A DNA stretch of 35,254 bases from Armatimonadota bacterium (GTDB lineage Bacteria; Sysuimicrobiota; Sysuimicrobiia; Sysuimicrobiales; Humicultoraceae). Position numbers and translations under genes: made by a program. Below the pieces are notes generated by a model that was not told where the DNA came from, made no database searches, and was given only the letters and a program-made list of their open reading frames with translations. Of the stretch, positions 9,352 to 17,279 are shown piece after piece; the first letter of the stretch is position 1; every line of letters starts with the position of its first letter. The stretch lies in the NCBI GenBank assembly GCA_052386995.1, contig JBQTJP010000052.1, forward strand, positions 1 to 35,254, in the 5' to 3' direction.

Positions 9352-9461
9352 CCGCGTCCCGTGTTCGTTGCGGGCGGGGAGCAGGCCTGCAGGGAAGAGA
9401 GGGGCTCGCATGCGAATCCTCGCTCGTACCTGGCGCGTGCAGAGTGAGGAGACGGTAGGAG

Positions 9462-9884
9462 ATGCCGGAACGGGACGATATCATTGACAGTCTCGCAGGT
9501 CTGGCGCTGTTCGCCGACCTGTCACGGCCGCAGCTGGAGGCGGCCGCTCATACGTTTGAGGAAGAATGGTTTACCGAGGGGCAGCGCATCCTTCGCCAGG
9601 GATTCACGGGGTCGAATTTCTACGTGATCCTCGATGGCGAGGTTGCCATTCGGATCGACGGCGAGGACCGGGCACGGCTCGGCCGCGGCGACTTCTTCGG
9701 TGAGGTGTCGGTGCTGTTGGGAGAACCGCCCACCGCGGACGTCGTGGCGTTGCGGTCGCTGCGTTGCGCGGCCCTGGCCGGCCCGGAGGTGGAGGCGTTC
9801 CTCATCAGGTACCCTCGTGTGATGTTCCGCATGCTGCAGGCACAGGCACGGCGCCTGCGGAGCGCGAACCTTTGGCGAAGCTAG
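9462..9884 (+). CDS. Stand-alone cyclic nucleotide-binding (cNMP) domain protein, phosphate-binding Arg replaced by Pro
   Basis: ILRQGFTGSNFYVILDGEV...LGRGDFFGEVSVLLGEPPTADVVA; no HTH. RBS-like GAGGA/AGGAG upstream. Confidence 0.9.
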   Translation: MPERDDIIDSLAGLALFADLSRPQLEAAAHTFEEEWFTEGQRILRQGFTGSNFYVILDGEVAIRIDGEDRARLGRGDFFGEVSVLLGEPPTADVVALRSLRCAALAGPEVEAFLIRYPRVMFRMLQAQARRLRSANLWRS

Positions 9885-11362
9885 AAGAGCGCCCCTTTCC
9901 TCCCGGGCGCTACCCTCTCGTCGTGGTTGGCAGCGGGCCGGGAGGCCTCCAGCTTTCCTACTTCCTCAAGCGGCTGGGGGTCGAGCACGCAGTGCTGTCC
10001 GCCGACCCGGGCCCCGGAGGAATGTTCCTGCGCTATCCGCTCTTCCAGCGGCTCAACACGTGGTCGAAGCCCTATGCGGTGCCGGCGCGGCGCACGCGGC
10101 CCTACGACTGGTACGACTGGAACAGCCTCGTAGGGGATGAACCACCGCACCGTTCGCTCGTGCCGGAGTTCATGGACGGGACCTCCTATTTCCCGGCGCG
10201 CCATGAGATGGCTGCGGGGCTGGCGGCTTTCGCCGACCGCGCCGCCATTCGGGTGCGCTACGACTGCCGGTGGGATGAGACTCGACGGGAAAATCAGGAG
10301 TTTGTGCTCCTGACCTCGGACGGTGAGTACCGGTGCCGCGTCGCGGTATTCGCTATCGGCATGGCCGAACCGTGGAAGCCGAATATCCCCGGATGCGACG
10401 CCGTGCCCCATTACGTCAGCACGCGACCGGCGCGCGAATACGCCGGTAAGAGCGTCTTTCTCATTGGAAAGCGCAACTCGGGTTTCGAGGTCGCCGATGC
10501 GCTGCTCCCGTGGGCCCGTCAGATTCTGCTGGGTTCGCCCCGGCCGCCGATCATCTCGGTGCTCAGCGCCGGCGCGGGTGTACGGGCGAAGTATCTGGTG
10601 CCATACGAAGATCACATTATGGGCGGTGGCGTGTTCATCCTCGACGTCACGATCGAGCGCGTCGAGCGCCTGGGGAACCGCTGGCGCGTGCACACCGCGG
10701 GCCAACACACCGGCGCGCTCGCATTTGAGGTCGACGACGTCATCGCGGCCACAGGCTTTGGGACGCCGCTGCGCGACCTTCCGGCGATAGGCGTCGCCAC
10801 GTTCAGCCAGGGGCGGCTCCCTCGGATGACGGCCTTCTGGGAGAGCGCCACCGCGCCTGGGATATTCTTTGCGGGAGCCATCACGCAGGGGGCCATCGGT
10901 CTGCGCAAGCACGGATCGGCCGGAAACTCCGCGGGCGTCGCCGGCTTCCGTCACAACGCGCGCGTGCTCGCCGAGCACCTGGCGCAGACACATTTCGGCG
11001 TCAGGGTGTCCCGGCCTATCCTGGCGCGCGATCAGGTCGTTTCATTCATCCTTTCAGAGGCTACCCAAGCGCCGGAGTTGTGGAATCAAAAAGGGTATCT
11101 GGCTCGTGTTGTGACCTTCGACCGGTCTGAGGGGTGCCGTGACGGCGGCATTGCGCCGCTGGCTCCCTTCGTGGACGCTCAGGGGCCGGACGCCATCGCG
11201 ATGGCCGTGGAGACGGATCCCAATGGAGACCATCATCCAACCGTGTACCTCCGCCGGGACGGACGGGTGACCGAGCACGCACTATCCTCACACCCCTTGC
11301 ATGACTTCCAGGGCGATCGCCACGAGAGAGAGCTGGCGGACCTGTTGAAGGAGATGGTCTAG
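9872..11362 (+). CDS. FAD/NAD(P)-dependent oxidoreductase, FOXRED2(ERFAD)-like / Pyr_redox_3 flavoprotein
   Basis: FAD motif VVVGSGPGGLQLSYFL, YDWNSL, YFPARHEM, second dinucleotide motif LIGKRNSGFEVA, VIAATGF, FWES...GIFFAG...GFRHNAR. Likely TTG start at 9872 (GGAG at 9859-9862), overlapping the cNMP gene by 13 nt. Confidence 0.8.
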   Translation: MAKLEERPFPPGRYPLVVVGSGPGGLQLSYFLKRLGVEHAVLSADPGPGGMFLRYPLFQRLNTWSKPYAVPARRTRPYDWYDWNSLVGDEPPHRSLVPEFMDGTSYFPARHEMAAGLAAFADRAAIRVRYDCRWDETRRENQEFVLLTSDGEYRCRVAVFAIGMAEPWKPNIPGCDAVPHYVSTRPAREYAGKSVFLIGKRNSGFEVADALLPWARQILLGSPRPPIISVLSAGAGVRAKYLVPYEDHIMGGGVFILDVTIERVERLGNRWRVHTAGQHTGALAFEVDDVIAATGFGTPLRDLPAIGVATFSQGRLPRMTAFWESATAPGIFFAGAITQGAIGLRKHGSAGNSAGVAGFRHNARVLAEHLAQTHFGVRVSRPILARDQVVSFILSEATQAPELWNQKGYLARVVTFDRSEGCRDGGIAPLAPFVDAQGPDAIAMAVETDPNGDHHPTVYLRRDGRVTEHALSSHPLHDFQGDRHERELADLLKEMV

Positions 11363-11372
11363 AGTCAGACGG

Positions 11373-11801
11373 TCAATAGCGCGGCGAATCGCTCCCGGCC
11401 CGCAGGCGTCTGGCGACCTCCCGCAGGACGCTCAACGCGATCTTCGGGTGTTCCTCGAGCAGCTTCATGAAGTTCCACGAGGCCAGGGCCAGACACGTCG
11501 TGGGCTCCTCCGTGACCACGTGCGCGGTTCTCGGCATCTGGTCAATGACCGAGAGCTCACCGAAGAAATCTCCGGGCCCCAGGCGCGCGAGTGTTTCCCC
11601 GCCCCGGGTGACGCTGGCACGACCGCTTGCCAGCAGATAGAATCCTGTACCAACCTGTCCCTGCCGCACGATGTAGTGGCCCGCGGGAAAATCGATGACC
11701 TCGGCCTGATCGGCGATCGTGCCCAGCGTGCGATCCGGCACGCCTGAGAAAATCGCTGCCTTGTGCAGCAGGTCGACCTTCGCTTTCTTTGTCATTGCCA
11801 T
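11373..11801 (-). CDS. Stand-alone cNMP-binding domain protein (canonical phosphate-binding cassette)
   Basis: IVRQGQVGTGFYLLASGRA...LGPGDFFGELSVIDQMPRTAHVVT. Start ATG 11801 (MAMTKK), 16 nt after the lipoprotein stop. Confidence 0.9.
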   Translation of the reverse strand: MAMTKKAKVDLLHKAAIFSGVPDRTLGTIADQAEVIDFPAGHYIVRQGQVGTGFYLLASGRASVTRGGETLARLGPGDFFGELSVIDQMPRTAHVVTEEPTTCLALASWNFMKLLEEHPKIALSVLREVARRLRAGSDSPRY

Positions 11802-11817
11802 GACGTCGCCACCGCGT

Positions 11818-12378
11818 CTACCGAGAGAGGTCGCCGGGCCGAAACGATCGGAGCACCGCGTCGCAGCGTTTTTGCTTGCTCGCCCATTCTGACAGCGGCG
11901 CCGCGCAGACGCCATACTGCAGCCGCTGCGGACCGCTGACCAGCAGGCCCACGGAAGCCCACTCACGTCCCCGTGTAGATCCGGTCAGCTCGAAGCGGTA
12001 CCAGACGACCTGCTCGGTGCTCTCCGGCGACCGTGCGAAGCCAGAGACGCCGTGCATGAGCAGGAGCGACATAGCCAGGCGGCGGACGTCGCCTTCAGGC
12101 AGGGGTCCCGCCTCCGGTCGGGTCATGACGACGATGAATTCCGTGGCGCCGGCTTCCGGGGTGTCGCCCGCCGTGAGCGCCTGCGGCAGAAACCACACCC
12201 GGTTGCCGTCCTCGGTCTCAACGCGCTCCCAGGAGGAGGGCCGCGCAATGACGAACCCGTGGCGCTCGCTCGCGTACGGCTCGAGCGTCTCACTCGCCCG
12301 GCGCGCGCAGCCGGCGCCGCCCAGCGCGAGCACGACCGCGAGGCTTACACCAGAGAACCATGGGCCGCGTGGGTTCAT
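11818..12378 (-). CDS. Lipoprotein, PsbP/Mog1-like fold (putative)
   Basis: Signal peptide with lipobox-like LGGAG|C. YASERHGFVIARPSSW start and DAVLRSFRP end resemble PsbP-like domains. Start ATG 12378. Confidence 0.6.
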   Translation of the reverse strand: MNPRGPWFSGVSLAVVLALGGAGCARRASETLEPYASERHGFVIARPSSWERVETEDGNRVWFLPQALTAGDTPEAGATEFIVVMTRPEAGPLPEGDVRRLAMSLLLMHGVSGFARSPESTEQVVWYRFELTGSTRGREWASVGLLVSGPQRLQYGVCAAPLSEWASKQKRCDAVLRSFRPGDLSR

Positions 12379-12479
12379 GGCGTGACCACTACGCCGCGCA
12401 CCGGCCGGGCGCCTGCCTTCGGAATCTTGCCCGGCGGTCGCGCGCGATGCATGATGGCGGCGGAGGAGCAGGGCGGCCG

Positions 12480-13139
12480 ATGACCGGAGTCCACATCGAT
12501 CCATCAGTCGCCGCGCATGTCAGGGCGGCCGTCGTGGAGGCGTCCGGCGTGACCGTCGTCGAGCGTGATGCCGCCCTCTGGGCGGAGATCGACGCGGTGA
12601 CCGCGCGGCTGCAGGCAGCGCACGCCGGCCGCGAGCCGGCACAGATCGACGGGCTCCGCCCGGCGCGTGATCTGTATCACCGAATCGGCGTCGATCCCAC
12701 GAAGCTGCGTCCTTCTTCCGAGGCGCTGCTCCGGCGCATCTTGCGCGGCGGCCGGCTGCCCCAGATCAACTCGCTTGTCGACATCAACAATCTGTGCTCG
12801 TTGGAGTTTCTTCTGCCCATCGGCCTCCACGATCTCGACCACGTCGCCGGTAACGTGCTGCTGCGCCGGGGGATGGCCGCCGAGGGATACGACGCGATCG
12901 GGAAAGGGTGGTACAGTGTCGAGGGCCGGCTCACCGCCGCGGATGATCGCGGCCCGTGCGGGAGCCCGACCAGCGATTCACAACGCACGATGATCCGGCT
13001 GGCCACGCGGCGGTGTCTGATGATCATCTACGCGCCGGGCGGATACGCCCTGCCGGCGCTCGAAGGGCACACCGCGGCGGCTGCCGCTCGAATTGCGCGC
13101 CACGCCGGCGGCGAGATCGTCCAGGCGGCCGTCCTGTAG
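12480..13139 (+). CDS. Stand-alone B3/B4 domain protein (PheRS beta editing domain-like)
   Basis: RDLYHRIGVDPTKLRPSSEALLRR, INSLVDINNLCSL, PIGLHDLD, GSPTSDSQRT. ATG 12480 after GGAGGAG. Confidence 0.88.
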   Translation: MTGVHIDPSVAAHVRAAVVEASGVTVVERDAALWAEIDAVTARLQAAHAGREPAQIDGLRPARDLYHRIGVDPTKLRPSSEALLRRILRGGRLPQINSLVDINNLCSLEFLLPIGLHDLDHVAGNVLLRRGMAAEGYDAIGKGWYSVEGRLTAADDRGPCGSPTSDSQRTMIRLATRRCLMIIYAPGGYALPALEGHTAAAAARIARHAGGEIVQAAVL

Positions 13140-13148
13140 GCGCCGGCC

Positions 13149-14168
13149 GTGCGCGCCGCGTTTCTCCACACTCCCGCGCCGATCGAGACCGGCCCCCTTC
13201 TCGTCGGCGAGCGTCCACCACCGGTGGTCGGACCCGATGAGGTGCGCATCCGTGTGCGCGCGTGCAGCGTGTGCCACACCGACCTGCACGTGGTCGAAGG
13301 CGACCTGCCGGTGCATCGCGTCCCGGTGATCCCCGGCCATCAGATCGTCGGCATTGTCGAAGAGGCGGGCCCGGAGGTCGAGCCCGCGCGCGTGGGGAGC
13401 CGCGTGGGTGTCACGTGGCTCGCCTGGGCCTGCGGGGTGTGCGACGCCTGTCGCCGCGGTGAGGAGAATCTCTGCCCCCGCGCGCAGTTCACGGGCTACG
13501 ATCGCGACGGCGGCTTCGCCGAGCAAGCCGTGGCCCGGGCCGCGTTCGCTATCCCGTTGCCGTCGCGCTTCACCGACATCGAGGCCGCGCCGCTGCTGTG
13601 CGCCGGCATCATCGGATATCGGGCGCTGCGCGTCGCGGGTGTGCAGCCCGGGGAGTGGGTAGGCCTGTTTGGATTCGGCGCCTCCGCGCACCTGGCGATT
13701 CAGGTGGCCCGGCACTGGGGCTGCGAGATCGGGGTCGTCACGCGTGGCGAGCACCACAGAGCGCTCGCGGAGCGTCTCGGAGCGCTATGGGTTGCCGAGC
13801 CCGGTACCGCGCCACCGCGCGCGTTCGACCGGGCGATCGTATTCGCGCCGTCCGGCCGGGTCGTGGTCGCGGCCCTCGAAGCCGTCCGCCCCGGCGGCGT
13901 GGCGGCGGTCAACGCGGTGACGCTCGATGAGATTCCGGCGATGCCCTACGCGACGCTCTACGGCGAGCGCGTGCTGCGCACCGTCACGAACCTGACACGT
14001 CGCGATGCGGTTGAGTTCCTGGCGATTGCCGCCGCGATCCCTGTGCGCGCGGAGATCGAGATCTTTCCCCTGGACGCCGCCAACGAGGTGCTGCTTCGTC
14101 TCAAGCGCGGGGCGCTGCAGGCCGCGGCTGTCCTGCGGCTTGAGGGCGCCGCTATTTCTTCCACTTAA
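13149..14168 (+). CDS. Zinc-dependent alcohol dehydrogenase (AdhP-like family)
   Basis: VCHTDLH, PGHQIVG, structural Zn CGVCDACRRGEENLC, APLLCAG, GLFGFGASAH. GTG start. Confidence 0.92.
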   Translation: MRAAFLHTPAPIETGPLLVGERPPPVVGPDEVRIRVRACSVCHTDLHVVEGDLPVHRVPVIPGHQIVGIVEEAGPEVEPARVGSRVGVTWLAWACGVCDACRRGEENLCPRAQFTGYDRDGGFAEQAVARAAFAIPLPSRFTDIEAAPLLCAGIIGYRALRVAGVQPGEWVGLFGFGASAHLAIQVARHWGCEIGVVTRGEHHRALAERLGALWVAEPGTAPPRAFDRAIVFAPSGRVVVAALEAVRPGGVAAVNAVTLDEIPAMPYATLYGERVLRTVTNLTRRDAVEFLAIAAAIPVRAEIEIFPLDAANEVLLRLKRGALQAAAVLRLEGAAISST

Positions 14169-14685
14169 TGGAGCAGCCCCGAGGGGGCGTCGTCGCGTCG
14201 GCCGGATCGCGCCCGGCCAGGAGTGCCTCGATCGCGTCGCGCAGATGATGGTGCGTCACCGCTCGTGGATCCTCGAAGTTGTCGTCCGGCGCGCCGTGAT
14301 AGCGGAGCGTGCGGCTCGCGTCGAAGAGGAAGACTTCCGGCGTGCGCGTCGCACCAAACTGCCGGGCGACCGTCTGCGTCTCATCAAAGAGGTAGGGGAA
14401 CGGATACGCTTTCTCGCGCGCGCGTGTCGTCATCGCCTTGAATGAGTCGTCGGGAAAAGCCACCGGGTCGTTGCTGTTGATCATGACGAGCTGGGCGCCC
14501 CGATCACCATACTGCTGCTGAAGGGAGATCAGACGATCTTCCCAGGCCTTCACGTACGGGCAGTGATTGCACCAGAACACCACGCCGAGCACCGGCCGGT
14601 CGGCGAACTGGTCGGCCGAGACCGTCGACCCATCGGTCGCCGGTAGCGCAAATGGCACGAGTCGTTCACGAATAGCGAGCGGCAT
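14152..14685 (-). CDS. Thioredoxin family / AhpC-TSA (PRX-like) protein
   Basis: FWCNHCPYV, INSND, FPYLFDETQ, FGATRTPE, C-terminal GCSIKWK. Overlaps the ADH 3' end by 17 nt. Confidence 0.9.
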   Translation of the reverse strand: MPLAIRERLVPFALPATDGSTVSADQFADRPVLGVVFWCNHCPYVKAWEDRLISLQQQYGDRGAQLVMINSNDPVAFPDDSFKAMTTRAREKAYPFPYLFDETQTVARQFGATRTPEVFLFDASRTLRYHGAPDDNFEDPRAVTHHHLRDAIEALLAGRDPADATTPPRGCSIKWKK

Positions 14686-15014
14686 CAGGATCCTCCTTTG
14701 GCCTGGCGGCGCCTATGCAGCGCGCGCCGGATCATGGTGACGGTCGGCAGTGGCGACAGCCGGCCGTCTTCGGTGTGAAAGGTCCGACAGGTGAGCATTG
14801 CCTGCCCCTGGACGCCCTCCGGCTGGATATCCTCGTCATCGAACCGGATCGTGGGCGAGCCGGGGAAATGATACCGGTCGGCGTCCTCCTGCGTGTCGAT
14901 GCGGATCACGGTGATGTCGTCGGGCAGGCCTTCCTCCCGCAAGACCTGGCGAAGACGTGCCAGCGCGTCGGGATGCGAAGGACAATCTTCCCAGTAGAGG
15001 AAATCAGTGCGCAT
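14685..15014 (-). CDS. Small thioredoxin-fold protein (DUF2703-like)
   Basis: LYWEDCPSH, FPGSPTIRF, LTCRTF. RBS AGGAGGGAG; TGATG overlap with the downstream gene. Confidence 0.75.
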   Translation of the reverse strand: MRTDFLYWEDCPSHPDALARLRQVLREEGLPDDITVIRIDTQEDADRYHFPGSPTIRFDDEDIQPEGVQGQAMLTCRTFHTEDGRLSPLPTVTMIRRALHRRRQAKGGS

Positions 15015-15152
15015 GACGCGTGGCTCCCTCCTGTATCTTTATAACCCGACAGTCCCGCCGATTTCTTCCCTTCGCGGACTGCTCGTCATGAGGATCGCCC
15101 GGTAGCGGAGACGCGCATCGCGACGGTCCGCCAGACCCTGCTGGGCGTCGAG

Positions 15153-15386
15153 GTGACGACGCGATACCATCCGCGAACCGACGTGGAGCGCTGGCAGTTG
15201 CAGGACCGACTGACCCAGCGGCTGCGGCAGATGGGCTACGAAGGCCGGCCACGCTTCTTCGAGGCGGGCGGGGGAGGGCTGGCGTTTCGTCTCTGGCTCG
15301 GCTGGCGGCCGGCAACGCGGATGCTCGCCGGCCTGACGGGCGTCGATGAGCATGATTCGGAAGCAGGAGGGACGCCGGGCGCCTGA
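15153..15386 (+). CDS. Small hypothetical protein (start uncertain)
   Basis: Fills the gap between flanking genes with plausible codon usage. The frame is open from 15045; GTG start at 15153. Confidence 0.4.
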   Translation: MTTRYHPRTDVERWQLQDRLTQRLRQMGYEGRPRFFEAGGGGLAFRLWLGWRPATRMLAGLTGVDEHDSEAGGTPGA

Positions 15387-15400
15387 CGGCGCGAGAGGGC

Positions 15401-16192
15401 CTAGCGGCTGCAGTTCAGGCAGTGGTTGGTGATGTGCAGGACCAGATTCCCGTCGACGCGTCCCATTCCCGCCACCAGCGTGGACGTGTCGCTGACCACG
15501 CTTTTCCAAAACGAACGCCCGCCGACGGTGACGAACGTCGCCTGACTCCTAACGTGACCCCATTCGTAGTACAAGGCCAGATCGTGGACCACCCCGGCCT
15601 CATCCACAACGGCGCTGAGCATGTATACTCCGCCCCCGCGGACGATGGACGCCCGCTGGGATGGCGCATGGAGCCACTTCGCGATGGCGCGCCGTGCCGT
15701 GACATCGCGCAGCATGCCCGTCTGCCTGTACTTGGTCATGACCTCGGTGACGATGTCCTGGCGTACGCCGCCGACCTGGTATCGCCCGCCGGGCGACTCG
15801 TCCACGACGAACACGTCCATCGTGTGTAGAAACTCGACGGCCTTGGGCTCGGACTCGATCATGTTCTTGAGCGCGTCGCGGACCCCCGAGGTGAACGGCC
15901 GAAGCAGAATCGGGAGCTGGAGCGACGTCAAGGTGGCGCGGCGGCGGCGCGGCTCTCCGACCGCGGAGCGTGATTCAGCCAGAGATCCCGCAGCCGTGAT
16001 CGGCACTATGCCCGTCGGGATATTCAGCATCAGGCGGGCCGTGAAGTCCGCGGTCAGGCTGTAGGGCTGCTGGTCCGGCTCACTGACTACACGGGCCAGC
16101 AGCATGTCCACGCTCATGCCCTGCGCGTGGGCGACCGCGGCGATCAACAGAGTGATCCAGAGCGTGAGCAGGGTCCGAGTGCGTGCAGCCAT
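15401..16192 (-). CDS. Secreted hypothetical protein
   Basis: Sec signal MAARTRTLLTLWITLLIAAVAHA|Q; beta-rich mature part; C-terminal HCLNC. Confidence 0.75.
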   Translation of the reverse strand: MAARTRTLLTLWITLLIAAVAHAQGMSVDMLLARVVSEPDQQPYSLTADFTARLMLNIPTGIVPITAAGSLAESRSAVGEPRRRRATLTSLQLPILLRPFTSGVRDALKNMIESEPKAVEFLHTMDVFVVDESPGGRYQVGGVRQDIVTEVMTKYRQTGMLRDVTARRAIAKWLHAPSQRASIVRGGGVYMLSAVVDEAGVVHDLALYYEWGHVRSQATFVTVGGRSFWKSVVSDTSTLVAGMGRVDGNLVLHITNHCLNCSR

Positions 16193-16201
16193 AACGGCAC
16201 G

Positions 16202-16229
16202 ATTATACCCCGGCCTCCGGAGAAGGCAA
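16202..16229 (-). promoter_or_regulatory. Sigma70-type promoter for 15401-16192 (near-leaderless)
   Basis: Minus strand TTGCCT (16229-16224), 16 nt spacer, TATAAT (16207-16202). The ATG begins 10 nt from the -10 and there is no SD. Confidence 0.7.
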
Positions 16230-16319
16230 TCCCTTTCGATCGAGTGAACTAAATGGCATGCGGGAACGATATATATATGTCAGGGATCGCCACGGCTAGG
16301 TGGTGAAGGGTACTCGGGT

Positions 16320-17123
16320 ATGCTCTTCTCCGGTTCGGACATGCGCTTCCTCGCTCGGGTGGTCGGTGAGACCCCTGAAGCCGCAGCGGTCTACGTGCGC
16401 GCGTGGCAGGTCGATCCCGAACGCATCGACCCCTGGCTGGATGATGAGCGCGTGCTGCGGCAACTCATGGCCGACGACAACAGCGTTCTCGAAGTATCGC
16501 CGCGGTTCTTGTTTACGGTCCTCCTGCGGCGCATCCGGCGGGATCTTGCCAGCATTCCCTACACCGTGGAGCGGATCGAGCCCGACGGCCGGCTGGTTGT
16601 GTTCGACGCGCCGGTTGTACACGAGTTGCTGCGCGCCGATGAGATATTCCAATATCTTGTGAACCTGCTGGTGTCGTTCGAGCGCATCGAGACGGTGACG
16701 GTGCGCGACCCGCAGCGGCCTGGGATGCGCCGGCTGAACACGTTCAATATGGACGACATGGTCGAGCTGGCCGCTCTGGTCGACGCGCCGCTCCGGCCGC
16801 TCATCTGCCGGCGGATCGGCGACATCGCGCTGTTCGTGACTGGAGTCTTTCAGGAGGCCATTCGCCGGACCGCCCGGCGGCCGCTGTCATCGCCCTTTGC
16901 GCGGACATTCGTTGGGCGGTGGCGGCGAATGGAAGACTATGAAGCCGAGGGCCGGCGTTTCTACGGCATGGCCGCCGGTCAGCTCCGCGACATCCAGCCC
17001 GATCTGGCGCGCGTCCTTGCCCGGCTCGCCGGCGACTTTACCATTGCGCGCAAGCCTCTGGCGGTGCTCGCCGAACGGTACGTCACCTGGGCGCGACCTC
17101 ACTGGGTCGGCGGCCCGTCCTGA
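16320..17123 (+). CDS. Conserved hypothetical protein (all-alpha)
   Basis: 267 aa with strong coding bias. Motifs RRIGDIALFVTGVF and YEAEGRRFYGMAA recall an unnamed widespread family. Confidence 0.75.
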   Translation: MLFSGSDMRFLARVVGETPEAAAVYVRAWQVDPERIDPWLDDERVLRQLMADDNSVLEVSPRFLFTVLLRRIRRDLASIPYTVERIEPDGRLVVFDAPVVHELLRADEIFQYLVNLLVSFERIETVTVRDPQRPGMRRLNTFNMDDMVELAALVDAPLRPLICRRIGDIALFVTGVFQEAIRRTARRPLSSPFARTFVGRWRRMEDYEAEGRRFYGMAAGQLRDIQPDLARVLARLAGDFTIARKPLAVLAERYVTWARPHWVGGPS

Positions 17124-17279
17124 CGCGCACGATTGCCATAGCAATTCCACTGTAGCCCGCGACACACCGCCTACACGTCCATCCGCGTGACTCGCCAGCG
17201 TGCGCGGCGATCTACGCTGAATCCCGGCGTCGCGCCCACGCGCTCTCGTGGGGTGATACGATGACGGCCGGAGGCAACG

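Noticed and set aside
2852..11801. Calling the cyclase/cNMP cluster a Pycsar or CBASS defence system
   Set aside because: The cNMP proteins have no TM or TIR effector domain, there is no CD-NTase, and the cyclases are multi-domain sensor types. A defence role is untested, not supported.
9462..11801. CRP/FNR transcription factors
   Set aside because: Both cNMP proteins are about 140 aa and end after the C-helix, with no HTH.
14685..15014. Selenoprotein
   Set aside because: The candidate position in LTCRTF is TGT (Cys); there is no in-frame TGA.
15401..15430. c-type heme motif in the C-terminal HCLNC
   Set aside because: The order is H-CxxC, not CxxCH.
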